This document shows positions 39,214 to 47,558 of a stretch of DNA of 64,000 nt, piece by piece. Where the stretch lies: positions 1,889 through 65,888 of the forward strand of contig CAZEPJ010000014.1 in NCBI GenBank assembly GCA_964514105.1, read 5' to 3'. Below the pieces are notes generated by a model. It made no database searches, was not told the DNA's origin, and worked only from the letters and a program-made list of their open reading frames with translations. The position numbers and the translations under genes are program-made. The DNA is from an uncultured Desulfarculaceae bacterium (GTDB lineage: Bacteria; Desulfobacterota; Desulfocorpusculales; Desulfocorpusculum). Numbering within the stretch: the first letter of the stretch is position 1; every line of letters starts with the position of its first letter.

Positions 39214-40074
39214 ATGCTCTCCAGATGGATCCTGCAGGCCGTTCTCCTGGGGCTTCCAGCCGGGGCGTTGGCGTTCCAGGTCCCCCTGTTCTGGGACCGC
39301 AACCCTGAAGCCGATCTGGCGGGGTACGTGCTCTACAACGGGACGCAGTCGGGCCAATATGACCACTCCTTCTGGATCGACAAGGAGGCCTGCACGGGGG
39401 ATGTCTGCCAAGTCACCCTGGAGCTGTCGGAGGGACATTGGTACGCATCGGTCACGGCGGTGAACGACGCCGGCCTGGAGAGCGAACCCAGCGAGGAGAT
39501 CCACATCATCCTCGGGCAGGACCAGCCTGTGGTGCTCTACCCCAACGGGTCCATCCGGTGGATCCGGGGATGTCCATACGAGATCCTATGGGAGAACTTC
39601 GACGCAGGGAACGTCTCGCTTCGGCTCATGAAGGATGGGCGGCTTCACAGGAAGATCGCCAAGAAGACGGCCAACGACGGACAGTTCGTCTGGAATGTTC
39701 ACAAGGCCCAGGCCCCGGGCGATGGGTTTCGGGTCCAGGTGTCGGCCGGTGGACAGTCAGACCTCTCGGATGAAGCGCTGGAGGTGGTGGCCCCCACGGT
39801 CCTGGCGCCCGCTGACGGGGCCTCCCTGGCTCGGGGAGCGGTGCACACCATCCAATGGGACAACGAGACCTTCTGCGGCAGCGATGTCCATGTGTATCTG
39901 TATCGGAAGAAGCGGGCATTTCGAGACATCGCCCTCTCGGCACCCAACACGGGGACCCTGCAATGGCTTGTCCCCGGCGATCTGCCTCCGGCCGGGACGT
40001 ATCGCCTCCGCATTCAGTCGGCGGCCCACGGCACGTGTGCCGCGTATTCCGACGGTCTGTTCGTGGTCAACTGA
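39214..40074 (+). CDS. Secreted protein with an N-terminal fibronectin-III-like domain and two tandem W-rich Ig-like repeats
   Basis: RBS AAGGAGGAGG, then a signal peptide. FN3-like motif FQVPLFWDRNPEADLAGYVLYNGTQSGQYD. Two ~95-aa repeats (…ILWENF…VSLRLMKDG…KTANDGQFVWNV… and …IQWDNETF…VHVYLYRK…APNTGTLQWLVP…). It is a paralog of 41867-42787. Confidence 0.7.
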   Translation: MLSRWILQAVLLGLPAGALAFQVPLFWDRNPEADLAGYVLYNGTQSGQYDHSFWIDKEACTGDVCQVTLELSEGHWYASVTAVNDAGLESEPSEEIHIILGQDQPVVLYPNGSIRWIRGCPYEILWENFDAGNVSLRLMKDGRLHRKIAKKTANDGQFVWNVHKAQAPGDGFRVQVSAGGQSDLSDEALEVVAPTVLAPADGASLARGAVHTIQWDNETFCGSDVHVYLYRKKRAFRDIALSAPNTGTLQWLVPGDLPPAGTYRLRIQSAAHGTCAAYSDGLFVVN

Positions 40075-40112
40075 GGAAGGGCATCCGACGAGCAGACTCA
40101 GCGAGGTTGACG

Positions 40113-40985
40113 ATGAAAGCCCTCACAAGCGCCAGGTATGTCTCCCTTGCCGTTCTCGGCTGGGCCCTCTTGTGCACGGGCTTGGCGGATGCGGCCACCT
40201 TCACCCTGCAGTGGGACCCCAACACCGAGCCCGATCTGGCGGGGTACAAGCTTCATTACGGCACGTCCTCGGGGACATACACCACCCACATCGACGTGGG
40301 GAACGTCACTACCTATGACGTGGCCGGCCTCCAAGACGGGGTGACCTACTATTTCGCCGTCACGGCCCGCGACACCGAAGGGAACGAGAGCGGCTATTCC
40401 AACGAGGTGTCGGGCAGGAAAAACCTGGCTCCCCAAGCCAGTGCCTCTGCCACCCCCACATCGGGGCACGCCCCATTGAGCGTCTCCTTCACCGGCTCCG
40501 GCACCGACCCCGACGGCACCATCGCCTCTTTCTCCTGGACCTTCGGCGACGGCGGCACCTCCTCGGCCCAGAGCCCTTCCCATACCTACTCCGCCCCCGG
40601 CACCTACACGGCCACACTCACCGTGACGGACAACGACGGCGCCACAGGCACCAAGTCCGTCCAGATCACCGTCTCCGCACCCAACCAGCCGCCCATGATC
40701 ACGGCCAGTGCCACACCTGCAAGAGGGGCACCCCCCCTGACCGTCACCTTCACCGGCAGCGCCACGGACAGCGATGGTACAGTCGTCTCCCTGTCGTGGG
40801 ACTTCGGCGACGGCGGCACGTCGCCCGGGCCCGACGCGACCCATTCCTATGATGCGGAAGGCACGTATACAGCTGTCCTCACGGCCACAGACGACGACGG
40901 TGCCACGTCCACCAAGTCCTTCGTCATCACCGTGAATGCAGCACCTAGCAGGCCCAAGGGCCTCAAGATCGGGAAGATCAAATAG
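40113..40985 (+). CDS. Secreted protein with a fibronectin-III-like domain and two PKD domains
   Basis: Signal peptide. FTLQWDPNTEPDLAGYKLHYGTSSGTYT FN3 signature. Two PKD repeats (…SFSWTFGDGGTS…HTYSAPGTYTATLTVTDNDGATGT… and …SLSWDFGDGGTS…HSYDAEGTYTAVLTATDDDGAT…). Confidence 0.75.
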   Translation: MKALTSARYVSLAVLGWALLCTGLADAATFTLQWDPNTEPDLAGYKLHYGTSSGTYTTHIDVGNVTTYDVAGLQDGVTYYFAVTARDTEGNESGYSNEVSGRKNLAPQASASATPTSGHAPLSVSFTGSGTDPDGTIASFSWTFGDGGTSSAQSPSHTYSAPGTYTATLTVTDNDGATGTKSVQITVSAPNQPPMITASATPARGAPPLTVTFTGSATDSDGTVVSLSWDFGDGGTSPGPDATHSYDAEGTYTAVLTATDDDGATSTKSFVITVNAAPSRPKGLKIGKIK

Positions 40986-41491
40986 CCGGGCGAGGTGCCG
41001 GAAACGGCGAGGGCCAGCCGCCGATCCTCTCGGTGGCTGGCCCTTGGCCCCGCCCCTGCGATGCCTGCACAGGTCGGTTCAGATCAAGAAGTGGCCTCTG
41101 AGAGGCACGCCTGGAGCGCTCCGTCTTCGAAGCCGGCACGTCGCTCAGCCTGTCTGCGCTCTCCGTTCCGCCGCTCGCCCCCGCGCCGTTCGCAACCTCG
41201 ACGTCGCACAGCCGCCCCCGACATCAACGCTTCCATGGCGATCCTAAAGGACCGCCGCTCCCCCCTCCTGCGTTCCCCTCTGCGGCGCTCCCCGTGACGC
41301 CTGTCGCCCCCAGCTCGCCTGTCTGTCGCTTGCCACTGCATCCCCCTTCGCCTCCCAACCGTTCCTCGCCCAACAGGCCGTCAGAATTTTACCCGTTCCC
41401 CATCGCCGTCGCAACCCCGGACACGGGTCAGACGCCCCGGCGGGTACGATCTTTGGCTTCGGGACCGACTGCCCCGCAACGAATTTTCTTG

Positions 41492-41521
41492 TTGACTTGC
41501 CGAAGCTTAGTTAGCTATAAG
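41492..41521 (+). promoter_or_regulatory. Candidate sigma70 promoter (TTGACT-18-TATAAG) in an AT-rich core of the ~880-bp non-coding gap
   Basis: TTGACT at 41492-41497 and TATAAG at 41516-41521. It would give a ~340-nt leader for the gene starting at 41867. Confidence 0.3.
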
Positions 41522-41866
41522 TAAGTCTAATTAACTGCTGGAGCCGCCCATTGAGACTCCGGAAGACGGCCCCGTTCATCCCGCGTCAGCCCTGCCCGCA
41601 CGTGTGCGCATCCTGCCCTTTCACCCAGGCGCCGGGTCCGACCCCAGCAAGCGGTTCGCCGGGACCCAGCGCGGCTCCTTGTCCCTGGCAAGGGTCTCCA
41701 CACGGCGGCGATCGAGGCACGACCCTTGCAAGACACAAGATGGAAAGGGGCTCAGGCCGGTGGACCCATCCCTTCCGGAGGGCCGCAAACACAGCACGGA
41801 AAAGGGATCAAGGCTGGCCGCGGCCCCCATGGGGGAGGGTACGTTTTTGACTGGTGCGTCAAGGCC

Positions 41867-42787
41867 ATGCACAATATTGCACATCCCGTAGCCCATGGGG
41901 TGGCCTGGGCACTCCTTGCCCTTCTGCTCTCGGCGGGGCACGCCAGGGCAGACGTGCTGACCCTCGCCTGGGACCACAGCCAGGACCCCGGCATTGCCGG
42001 CTACCGCCTCTATTGGGGCAATCATCCCAGGGGCCACGACGAGGACTCGCCGGACGTCTCTTCTCCGTACCCTTGGGACATGCCGGTGGATCTCCAGCGC
42101 TGCAAGGCGGGGACCTGCTCGACGCCGCCCCTGGAGTTCGACGCGGGCCCGTGGTATTTCGCCGTAACCGCCGTGTCCAGGTCAGGCACACCCAGCAAGT
42201 TCAGCGAGGAGGTCTCCAAAGTCATCCCGGATGAACCCACCCTGTTTTTTCCCCATGACGCACCGGCGATGGCCATGGGGTGTCAATACACCATCCGGTG
42301 GTCCGGCTTCCAGGGCGACAGGGTTTCCATTCACCTCCTCAAAGACGGCGGGGCGGTGAAAACCATCTCCAGGTCCACGGCCAACGACGGGGCGTTCCTC
42401 TGGAGGGTCCCCAAGAAGAAGCTGAGCCCCGCAGAGGGCTTCACGGTCCGGGTCAGTGCCGGGGCCGAAAGGGTTGAATCCGCGGCCCCGTTTGAGATTC
42501 TCTCCCCCGCGGTGACAGCCCCTTCCTCCGGGGAGATCCTCTCCCGGGGCGCCGCCGAGTTGATCCGGTGGGAGCCGGCCGGTTTCTGCCAAGGGCCGGT
42601 GAGCGTGTCTCTTCGAAGCGGGAAGAAGGCTTCCAGCGTCATTGCCCCAAACGCTCCGAACACGGGTGCGTGGACATGGATCGTGCCCCAGGAACAGAAG
42701 CCTGGAAGCAGGTTCCGGATTCAGGTCCAATCGACTTTGAACCCGGCCTGCAGAGGCGTCTCCCCAGGCTATTTCACGGTGCAGTGA
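41867..42787 (+). CDS. Secreted paralog of 39214-40074: FN3-like domain followed by two W-rich Ig-like repeats
   Basis: Signal peptide. LTLAWDHSQDPGIAGYRLYWGN FN3 signature. Repeats …IRWSGFQGDRVSIHLLKDG…STANDGAFLWRVP… and …IRWEPAGF…VSVSLRSGKK…APNTGAWTWIVP…. Confidence 0.7.
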   Translation: MHNIAHPVAHGVAWALLALLLSAGHARADVLTLAWDHSQDPGIAGYRLYWGNHPRGHDEDSPDVSSPYPWDMPVDLQRCKAGTCSTPPLEFDAGPWYFAVTAVSRSGTPSKFSEEVSKVIPDEPTLFFPHDAPAMAMGCQYTIRWSGFQGDRVSIHLLKDGGAVKTISRSTANDGAFLWRVPKKKLSPAEGFTVRVSAGAERVESAAPFEILSPAVTAPSSGEILSRGAAELIRWEPAGFCQGPVSVSLRSGKKASSVIAPNAPNTGAWTWIVPQEQKPGSRFRIQVQSTLNPACRGVSPGYFTVQ

Positions 42788-42918
42788 ACTGAGATGCGTG
42801 ACCTCGCAGACGGCAGGTAGATGGGGTTCCGCGGCAAGGCGGCCCCCCCCGACACCCCACGCACGCAGGGCCACGCGGTCCCCGGGCATTGAGGCCGATG
42901 CCACCGCGCGGGAGGCTG

Positions 42919-43110
42919 ATGATGAAGACACACATCACGACGCTTTTCCCGGATGCGTATTCGCCATCGCCGGCCCAGGAGCCATCGGCGCAGCTCGCTC
43001 TGGAGACGCGGGACAGCATGCTCCCGGGTGTCCGGTTCTTGAGAGGCCTCCTCCTGGCCGCCCTGCTCAGTCTCCCCTTTTGGGCCGCGCTGGCTTGGCT
43101 GATCCTGTAG
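42919..43110 (+). CDS. Small hypothetical protein with a C-terminal transmembrane helix
   Basis: GGGAGG before ATG ATG (MMKTH…). C-terminal LLLAALLSLPFWAALAWLIL. Confidence 0.4.
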   Translation: MMKTHITTLFPDAYSPSPAQEPSAQLALETRDSMLPGVRFLRGLLLAALLSLPFWAALAWLIL

Positions 43111-43234
43111 GCCATCCGCGCCCCCCCCGTCTGCGCCCTTTTCCCGGCCACGTACAAGACCCTCGCGTGCCTCTTTGCCCTGCCGGCTGCTACGACGCCC
43201 CTGGATTTCCGCTGGAGCCGCCGCTGAAAGGGGG

Positions 43235-45697
43235 CTAGGGAAGGGGGGCCGTCGCCACGCCCCCGTTGCTGCTGCGCACGGTGACCCAGGGGGGTTTGAC
43301 CAGCACGTTCTTGAACTTGCGAGAATGACTCCGGGACTTCTTCTTGTACAACAGGTTCCCGAGGCCGTCAGCCCACAGGGTCACGCTTCCAGGGGTTGCG
43401 TTGGACTTGGCCCTGACCGTGAGGACCCTCTTCTTGTACTTGACTTGGGTCACGGTCACGGTGTCCGCCGCGTCCCCCACCCTCAGGGCCACCGACGCCG
43501 CAGATCCCCAAGCGCCGGTATGATCCCGGGCCCGAACCTGGAGGGTGTAGCTTCCGTTGGGCCACCCCGACACATCCACCTGGGTCCCGACGGATTCGAC
43601 CGACCCGCCCAACGCCCCGTCCAGGGGCGCCATGGCCGCCCCCGGCCCCTCCCTGGGATCCACCCACCACTCCACTTCCGCGATGGGCGAGCCGCCCGGG
43701 AGACCGGCCGTGGCGCTCAGGACCACCAGGGTCTGGCCGAGGGTGGGATTGGGCGACGCCGCCACGTCGAAGACGGTGGGCCCCGTGCGAGCGGGCGCCA
43801 CTGCGGGCCAAAGCCCGCCATGGGCCAGGCCGTACGATTCCCATTGCACAGGCACCTGGAATAGAGAGGGCATGCCCGCCGCGGCATCGTCAAAGGCCTC
43901 CAGCCATCCGCCCCCGCCCTTGCCCGGCCCCACCAGCACCTCATCTCGTCCGTCGCCGTCGAGATCTCCGGCGGCTGGATGTGTCTCGCCGGCCAGGCGA
44001 TTGTAGTCCGTCGCGCTCAAGGTGATCCAGGCCAGATGGGTCGGGTAGCCGTATGCGTAGTCCATGACCGCCACCCTCCCGCCGCCCCGTTTCCCCATGC
44101 CCAGAAGGATCTCGGCCCTGCCGTCCCCATCCAGGTCGGCGCAGGCGGGCCAGCTCTCTCCGTTGGCTGAGTTGTATTCCGCCCAGTCAATGGCCCCCCA
44201 GGCCAGGGGAAGGGCATCGCGGGTGACCACGAAGGCGCCGCCGGGCAGCGCGGCATTGCCCGATACCGGGCCCAGACCAAGGACCACCTCCCGCTCGCCG
44301 TCTCCGTCCACGTCCCCCGCAGCCGGCCGCACCTCGCCGCTGGCCGTGTTGTAGTCGTCCCAGTCCAACAAGAGCCACTCTCTGTGGGTGACAGCCCCTG
44401 CGGCATACTGAAAGACCTCGACGCGCCCCCCGCCCCCGGCCCCCAACCCTATGAGGATCTCGTCACGGCCGTCTCCGTCCAGGTCGCCGCAGGCCGGCCA
44501 GGTCTCCCCGTTGGCGGCGTTGTACTCGGGCCAGTTCACCTGTCCCCAGGCCAGATGGTTGTACTGGCTGTCCAGAATCAAGAACATGCCGTTGGGTATG
44601 GGCGGAGGCCCGGCTTCCCCCCGTCCCAGGCCCACCACGATCTCGGATTGCCCATCACCGTCCAGATCTCCCACAGCCACCCGGGCCTCCCCGCTCAGGG
44701 CCTCGTACTCGGGCCAGCCCAGTCGCAGCCAGAACTCATGGAATAGATCCTCACTCAGGAAATCGATGACTCCGCCCGCCGGGGGATACGGACCCAGGCC
44801 GGCGATGACCCGCCCATAGCCCACCGCCGACGACGCCGTCACCGTCACCGCCACCGTGGCGCTCCCCGTCCCCCCCCGGTTGTCCGTCACCGTCAGCCTC
44901 GCCGTATAACTCCCCGCCGAAACATACGTGTGGGACGGGTTCTGAACACTGGATGTGCCCCCGTCCCCAAACGTCCACGCATACGACGCAATGCTCCCGT
45001 CCGGGTCGCTCCCGCTCCCCGTGAACGCCACCGTCAGGGGCGAGGTCCCTGAAATCGGCGTCCCCGAGGCCGTCGCAATGGGCAGCTGGTTGGGCGCCGT
45101 CACCGTCACCGCCACCGTGGCGCTCCCCGTCCCCCCCCGGTTGTCCGTCACCGTCAGCCTCGCCGTATAACTCCCCGCCGAAACATACGTGTGGGACGGG
45201 TTCTGAACACTGGATGTGCCCCCGTCCCCAAACGTCCACGCATACGACGCAATGCTCCCGTCCGGGTCGCTCCCGCTCCCCGTGAACGCCACCGTCAGGG
45301 GCGAGGTCCCTGAAATCGGCGTCCCCGAGGCCGTCGCAATGGGCAGCTGGTTGGGCGCCGATGCTGTCGTATGGGAGATCTCTTCCGAAAACCCGCTTTG
45401 AAGGGCCTCGTAGTAGGCCTTCACTGCGAAGAAATACTGCTGTCCGTCGGCCAGATCCGTGAAGGTATAACTGGTGGTCTTGCCCACATCCAGGCTGAAG
45501 GTGTAGTTGCCGCTGGAGGTCCCGCGAAAGACGATGTATCCCGAGATCGGCTCGGGATTCGGGTCCCAGGCGAGCGTGACCGGGTCAGCCCCCCGGGCCT
45601 CCCAGGGCATGGCCCCGGCCAAAGCCAGGAGCGCCAGGGCTGCTCCCCCGAGCCGGCGGCCCCACAGGTCCCCAACACGGCGAAGAAGAGATCTCAT
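43235..45697 (-). CDS. Large secreted protein of 820 aa: FN3-like domain, two identical PKD domains, FG-GAP/VCBS-type repeats, and a C-terminal beta-rich region
   Basis: Signal peptide with RR. VTLAWDPNPEPISGYIVFRGTSSGNYT FN3 signature. Two 87-aa PKD units identical at both protein and DNA level. Five or more repeats of …GDLDGDG(R/Q)(D/A/S)E(I/V)… (FG-GAP-like). Confidence 0.8.
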   Translation of the reverse strand: MRSLLRRVGDLWGRRLGGAALALLALAGAMPWEARGADPVTLAWDPNPEPISGYIVFRGTSSGNYTFSLDVGKTTSYTFTDLADGQQYFFAVKAYYEALQSGFSEEISHTTASAPNQLPIATASGTPISGTSPLTVAFTGSGSDPDGSIASYAWTFGDGGTSSVQNPSHTYVSAGSYTARLTVTDNRGGTGSATVAVTVTAPNQLPIATASGTPISGTSPLTVAFTGSGSDPDGSIASYAWTFGDGGTSSVQNPSHTYVSAGSYTARLTVTDNRGGTGSATVAVTVTASSAVGYGRVIAGLGPYPPAGGVIDFLSEDLFHEFWLRLGWPEYEALSGEARVAVGDLDGDGQSEIVVGLGRGEAGPPPIPNGMFLILDSQYNHLAWGQVNWPEYNAANGETWPACGDLDGDGRDEILIGLGAGGGGRVEVFQYAAGAVTHREWLLLDWDDYNTASGEVRPAAGDVDGDGEREVVLGLGPVSGNAALPGGAFVVTRDALPLAWGAIDWAEYNSANGESWPACADLDGDGRAEILLGMGKRGGGRVAVMDYAYGYPTHLAWITLSATDYNRLAGETHPAAGDLDGDGRDEVLVGPGKGGGGWLEAFDDAAAGMPSLFQVPVQWESYGLAHGGLWPAVAPARTGPTVFDVAASPNPTLGQTLVVLSATAGLPGGSPIAEVEWWVDPREGPGAAMAPLDGALGGSVESVGTQVDVSGWPNGSYTLQVRARDHTGAWGSAASVALRVGDAADTVTVTQVKYKKRVLTVRAKSNATPGSVTLWADGLGNLLYKKKSRSHSRKFKNVLVKPPWVTVRSSNGGVATAPLP
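44834..45355. repeat. Perfect tandem duplication (2 x 261 bp) inside the large secreted-protein gene, encoding two identical PKD domains
   Basis: Positions 44834-45094 and 45095-45355 are identical base for base (checked at anchors: GCCGTCACCGTCACCGCC at 44835 and 45096, GCTCCCC at 44861 and 45122). The period is a multiple of 3. Confidence 0.85.
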
Positions 45698-45725
45698 TGA
45701 ACGCCCCCCGGCGCCGGAGGCCCTT

Positions 45726-46553
45726 CTATGCGCCGCTCCCCCCCTTCAAGGTGAGGGACAGCCGGTCCAGGTGGGGAAGGGAGCCCAGGATGGGTGCTTG
45801 CAGGTATCGGGCCACCTGACGCTCCGACTTGAACGACGGATCCGTCCACTCGAGGACCCCGAGCCAGATCAGGATGATTGCAGCAGACGAGATCAGGAGC
45901 ATGAGCACGGTGGGGAGACGCCCGGGGCGCCACACGGACCGGAGTTGCTCCATCTGCAGCGGCCCTTTGAGCGCCGCCGCCATCCCATCCTGTCTGGCCC
46001 CAGCGGCGTCCGAAGCCGTTGGGGCATCGAGCCGGGCGGCCGCCGGCTTGGGCTGGCCGGGTCCCTGCTGCTGTTTCCACCGGCTTCGCCGCTGCCCCTC
46101 CTCGGCCTTTCGGACCAGGCGCCCGGCATAATACGCGACCAGCGCCTCTCCCAGCTTCCCGTCGCCCCCCCGGTACGCGATGCGAACGGTGTCGTTGGAA
46201 GGGACCGTCAGGGACATGGTCCGTTCCACGGTCTGGGAAAATGGCCCCATGGCCCGATCCCCGGCGCCCGCATTCAGTTCCAACTGGCCATGGAGCTCAC
46301 GGATGGCAAAACGGTCCAGGAAGAATTCCGCCGGCTTGGCGATCACGTCCCCCATCCTCGTGAAATCCACCGGGCTCGTAGACAGCGCGATGGGGGCGTC
46401 GGGGGCGATGGCCACATCCTGCCGTACCGTGATCTGATCCACGCTGGCGGCCGACACAAGCACATACACAAGGGGAGGCGCGAGCGCGGCCAGGAACCAC
46501 AGGCGGCGCGTCACAAGGCCGTGGCCATAGCGCCTCAGGGCGAAACCGATCAT
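45726..46553 (-). CDS. Wzz / polysaccharide co-polymerase (PCP)-like membrane protein
   Basis: RBS AAGGAGAG before the ATG (MIGFALRRYG…). TM1, a periplasmic region, TM2, and the C-terminal SERQVARYLQAPILGSLP typical of the PCP-to-kinase junction. Confidence 0.6.
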   Translation of the reverse strand: MIGFALRRYGHGLVTRRLWFLAALAPPLVYVLVSAASVDQITVRQDVAIAPDAPIALSTSPVDFTRMGDVIAKPAEFFLDRFAIRELHGQLELNAGAGDRAMGPFSQTVERTMSLTVPSNDTVRIAYRGGDGKLGEALVAYYAGRLVRKAEEGQRRSRWKQQQGPGQPKPAAARLDAPTASDAAGARQDGMAAALKGPLQMEQLRSVWRPGRLPTVLMLLISSAAIILIWLGVLEWTDPSFKSERQVARYLQAPILGSLPHLDRLSLTLKGGSGA

Positions 46554-46597
46554 CGCCAGCTCTCCTTCCCCCAACCCCTGCACGCCGCCGACACCCC

Positions 46598-47323
46598 TCA
46601 GGCCAGGGGGTTTTTCCACTGGTTGACGACCACGCCCAACAGCTTGGCGCCGGCTGCGTCGAGCATCATCCGGGCCCTCTTCACCATGTGTCGCGACGTC
46701 ACGTTGGCCAGGACCACGAGGATCACCCCGTCCACGGCCCTGGCCAGGGCCACGGGATCCATCATCCGGCGGTTGGTCGGGAACACGGACGATGCGTCCA
46801 GCACCACCGTGTCGTACGCCCGCCGGGCCCACTGAACGATGCCCAGACCCAACTCGGTCACGTTTCCCCCGCCCGATCCCGGCGGCACGCCGTCGACGGC
46901 GGACAGGATCTCCAGTCCGTTGAGACCCGAAGGCTGCACCAAACCGCGCAGCACCTCCGCACCCTCCAGAACCACTTCGTCGGGTTTGCCCTCTTTGGGC
47001 GGCGCAGGGGGAGGCCCCGCCGGTCGGGACGGCAGTCTCTCTGCTTCGATGAGGCCCAGACCGAACAGGGTGTGGAGGGCGGGGGCGTACCAGTTCAAGT
47101 CAACGGTCAGGACACGCTGGTGATCCTGAGTGGCGGCCACCGTGGCCAGGCCGGCGGCCACCGTCGTTTTCCCCTCTCCGGGCATGGAGCTTGTGACGAG
47201 CACGCAACGGGAGGCGGCTTTGGGCAAGGTGGCCGAGGCGGCGGCGTGGATGCGCTTCACCTCGGCTATTTGCGAGAGCAATCCCAAGCGCGACGCGGCA
47301 TCTGAGCCCATTGCGAAGACCAC
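46598..47323 (-). CDS. CpsD/CapB-type (BY-kinase-like) P-loop ATPase without a C-terminal Tyr cluster
   Basis: Walker A …VLVTSSMPGEGKTTVAAGLA…, Walker A' and B motifs (…VVLDASSV…). It ends …VNQWKNPLA, so no Y-rich tail. Confidence 0.65.
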   Translation of the reverse strand: MVFAMGSDAASRLGLLSQIAEVKRIHAAASATLPKAASRCVLVTSSMPGEGKTTVAAGLATVAATQDHQRVLTVDLNWYAPALHTLFGLGLIEAERLPSRPAGPPPAPPKEGKPDEVVLEGAEVLRGLVQPSGLNGLEILSAVDGVPPGSGGGNVTELGLGIVQWARRAYDTVVLDASSVFPTNRRMMDPVALARAVDGVILVVLANVTSRHMVKRARMMLDAAGAKLLGVVVNQWKNPLA

Positions 47324-47384
47324 CCAGGCGAATTGTCGACGTCAAGGATGCGCGCTGAAGCGTTTTTTCTTACCTTGTTCGAGT

Positions 47385-47440
47385 GCCCCTGATTTGTCAA
47401 TCCTGATTTCCCTGATTCTGATAAGGATTTTCCTGATCCA
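47385..47440. promoter_or_regulatory. Four direct repeats of CCTGATT spaced ~10-12 bp apart in the divergent intergenic region
   Basis: cCCTGATTtg, tCCTGATTtc, CCTGATTctg and tCCTGATcc between the minus-strand start at 47323 and the plus-strand start at 47559. Confidence 0.3.
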
Positions 47441-47558
47441 GGACCTCGATCCCGCCGCAGGGCGTGGATTGAGGGAACACTTGCCAAACAAATCATGATT
47501 TGATAAGAATCGTGCAATTCTCCCGCCACAACGGGGGCCGGGGGAGCCTGGCCATGGC

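Noticed and set aside
41084-41341. Minus-strand ORF encoding GERR/GERRR repeats
   Set aside because: It is the translation of a simple-sequence GC-rich repeat region, with no start context. It is more likely non-coding; see the finding on the 40986-41866 gap.
45507-46835. 442-aa plus-strand ORF overlapping the Wzz-like and kinase-like genes
   Set aside because: It is antisense to two genes with clear membrane and P-loop features, has no RBS, and has a biased Arg/Pro/Gly composition.
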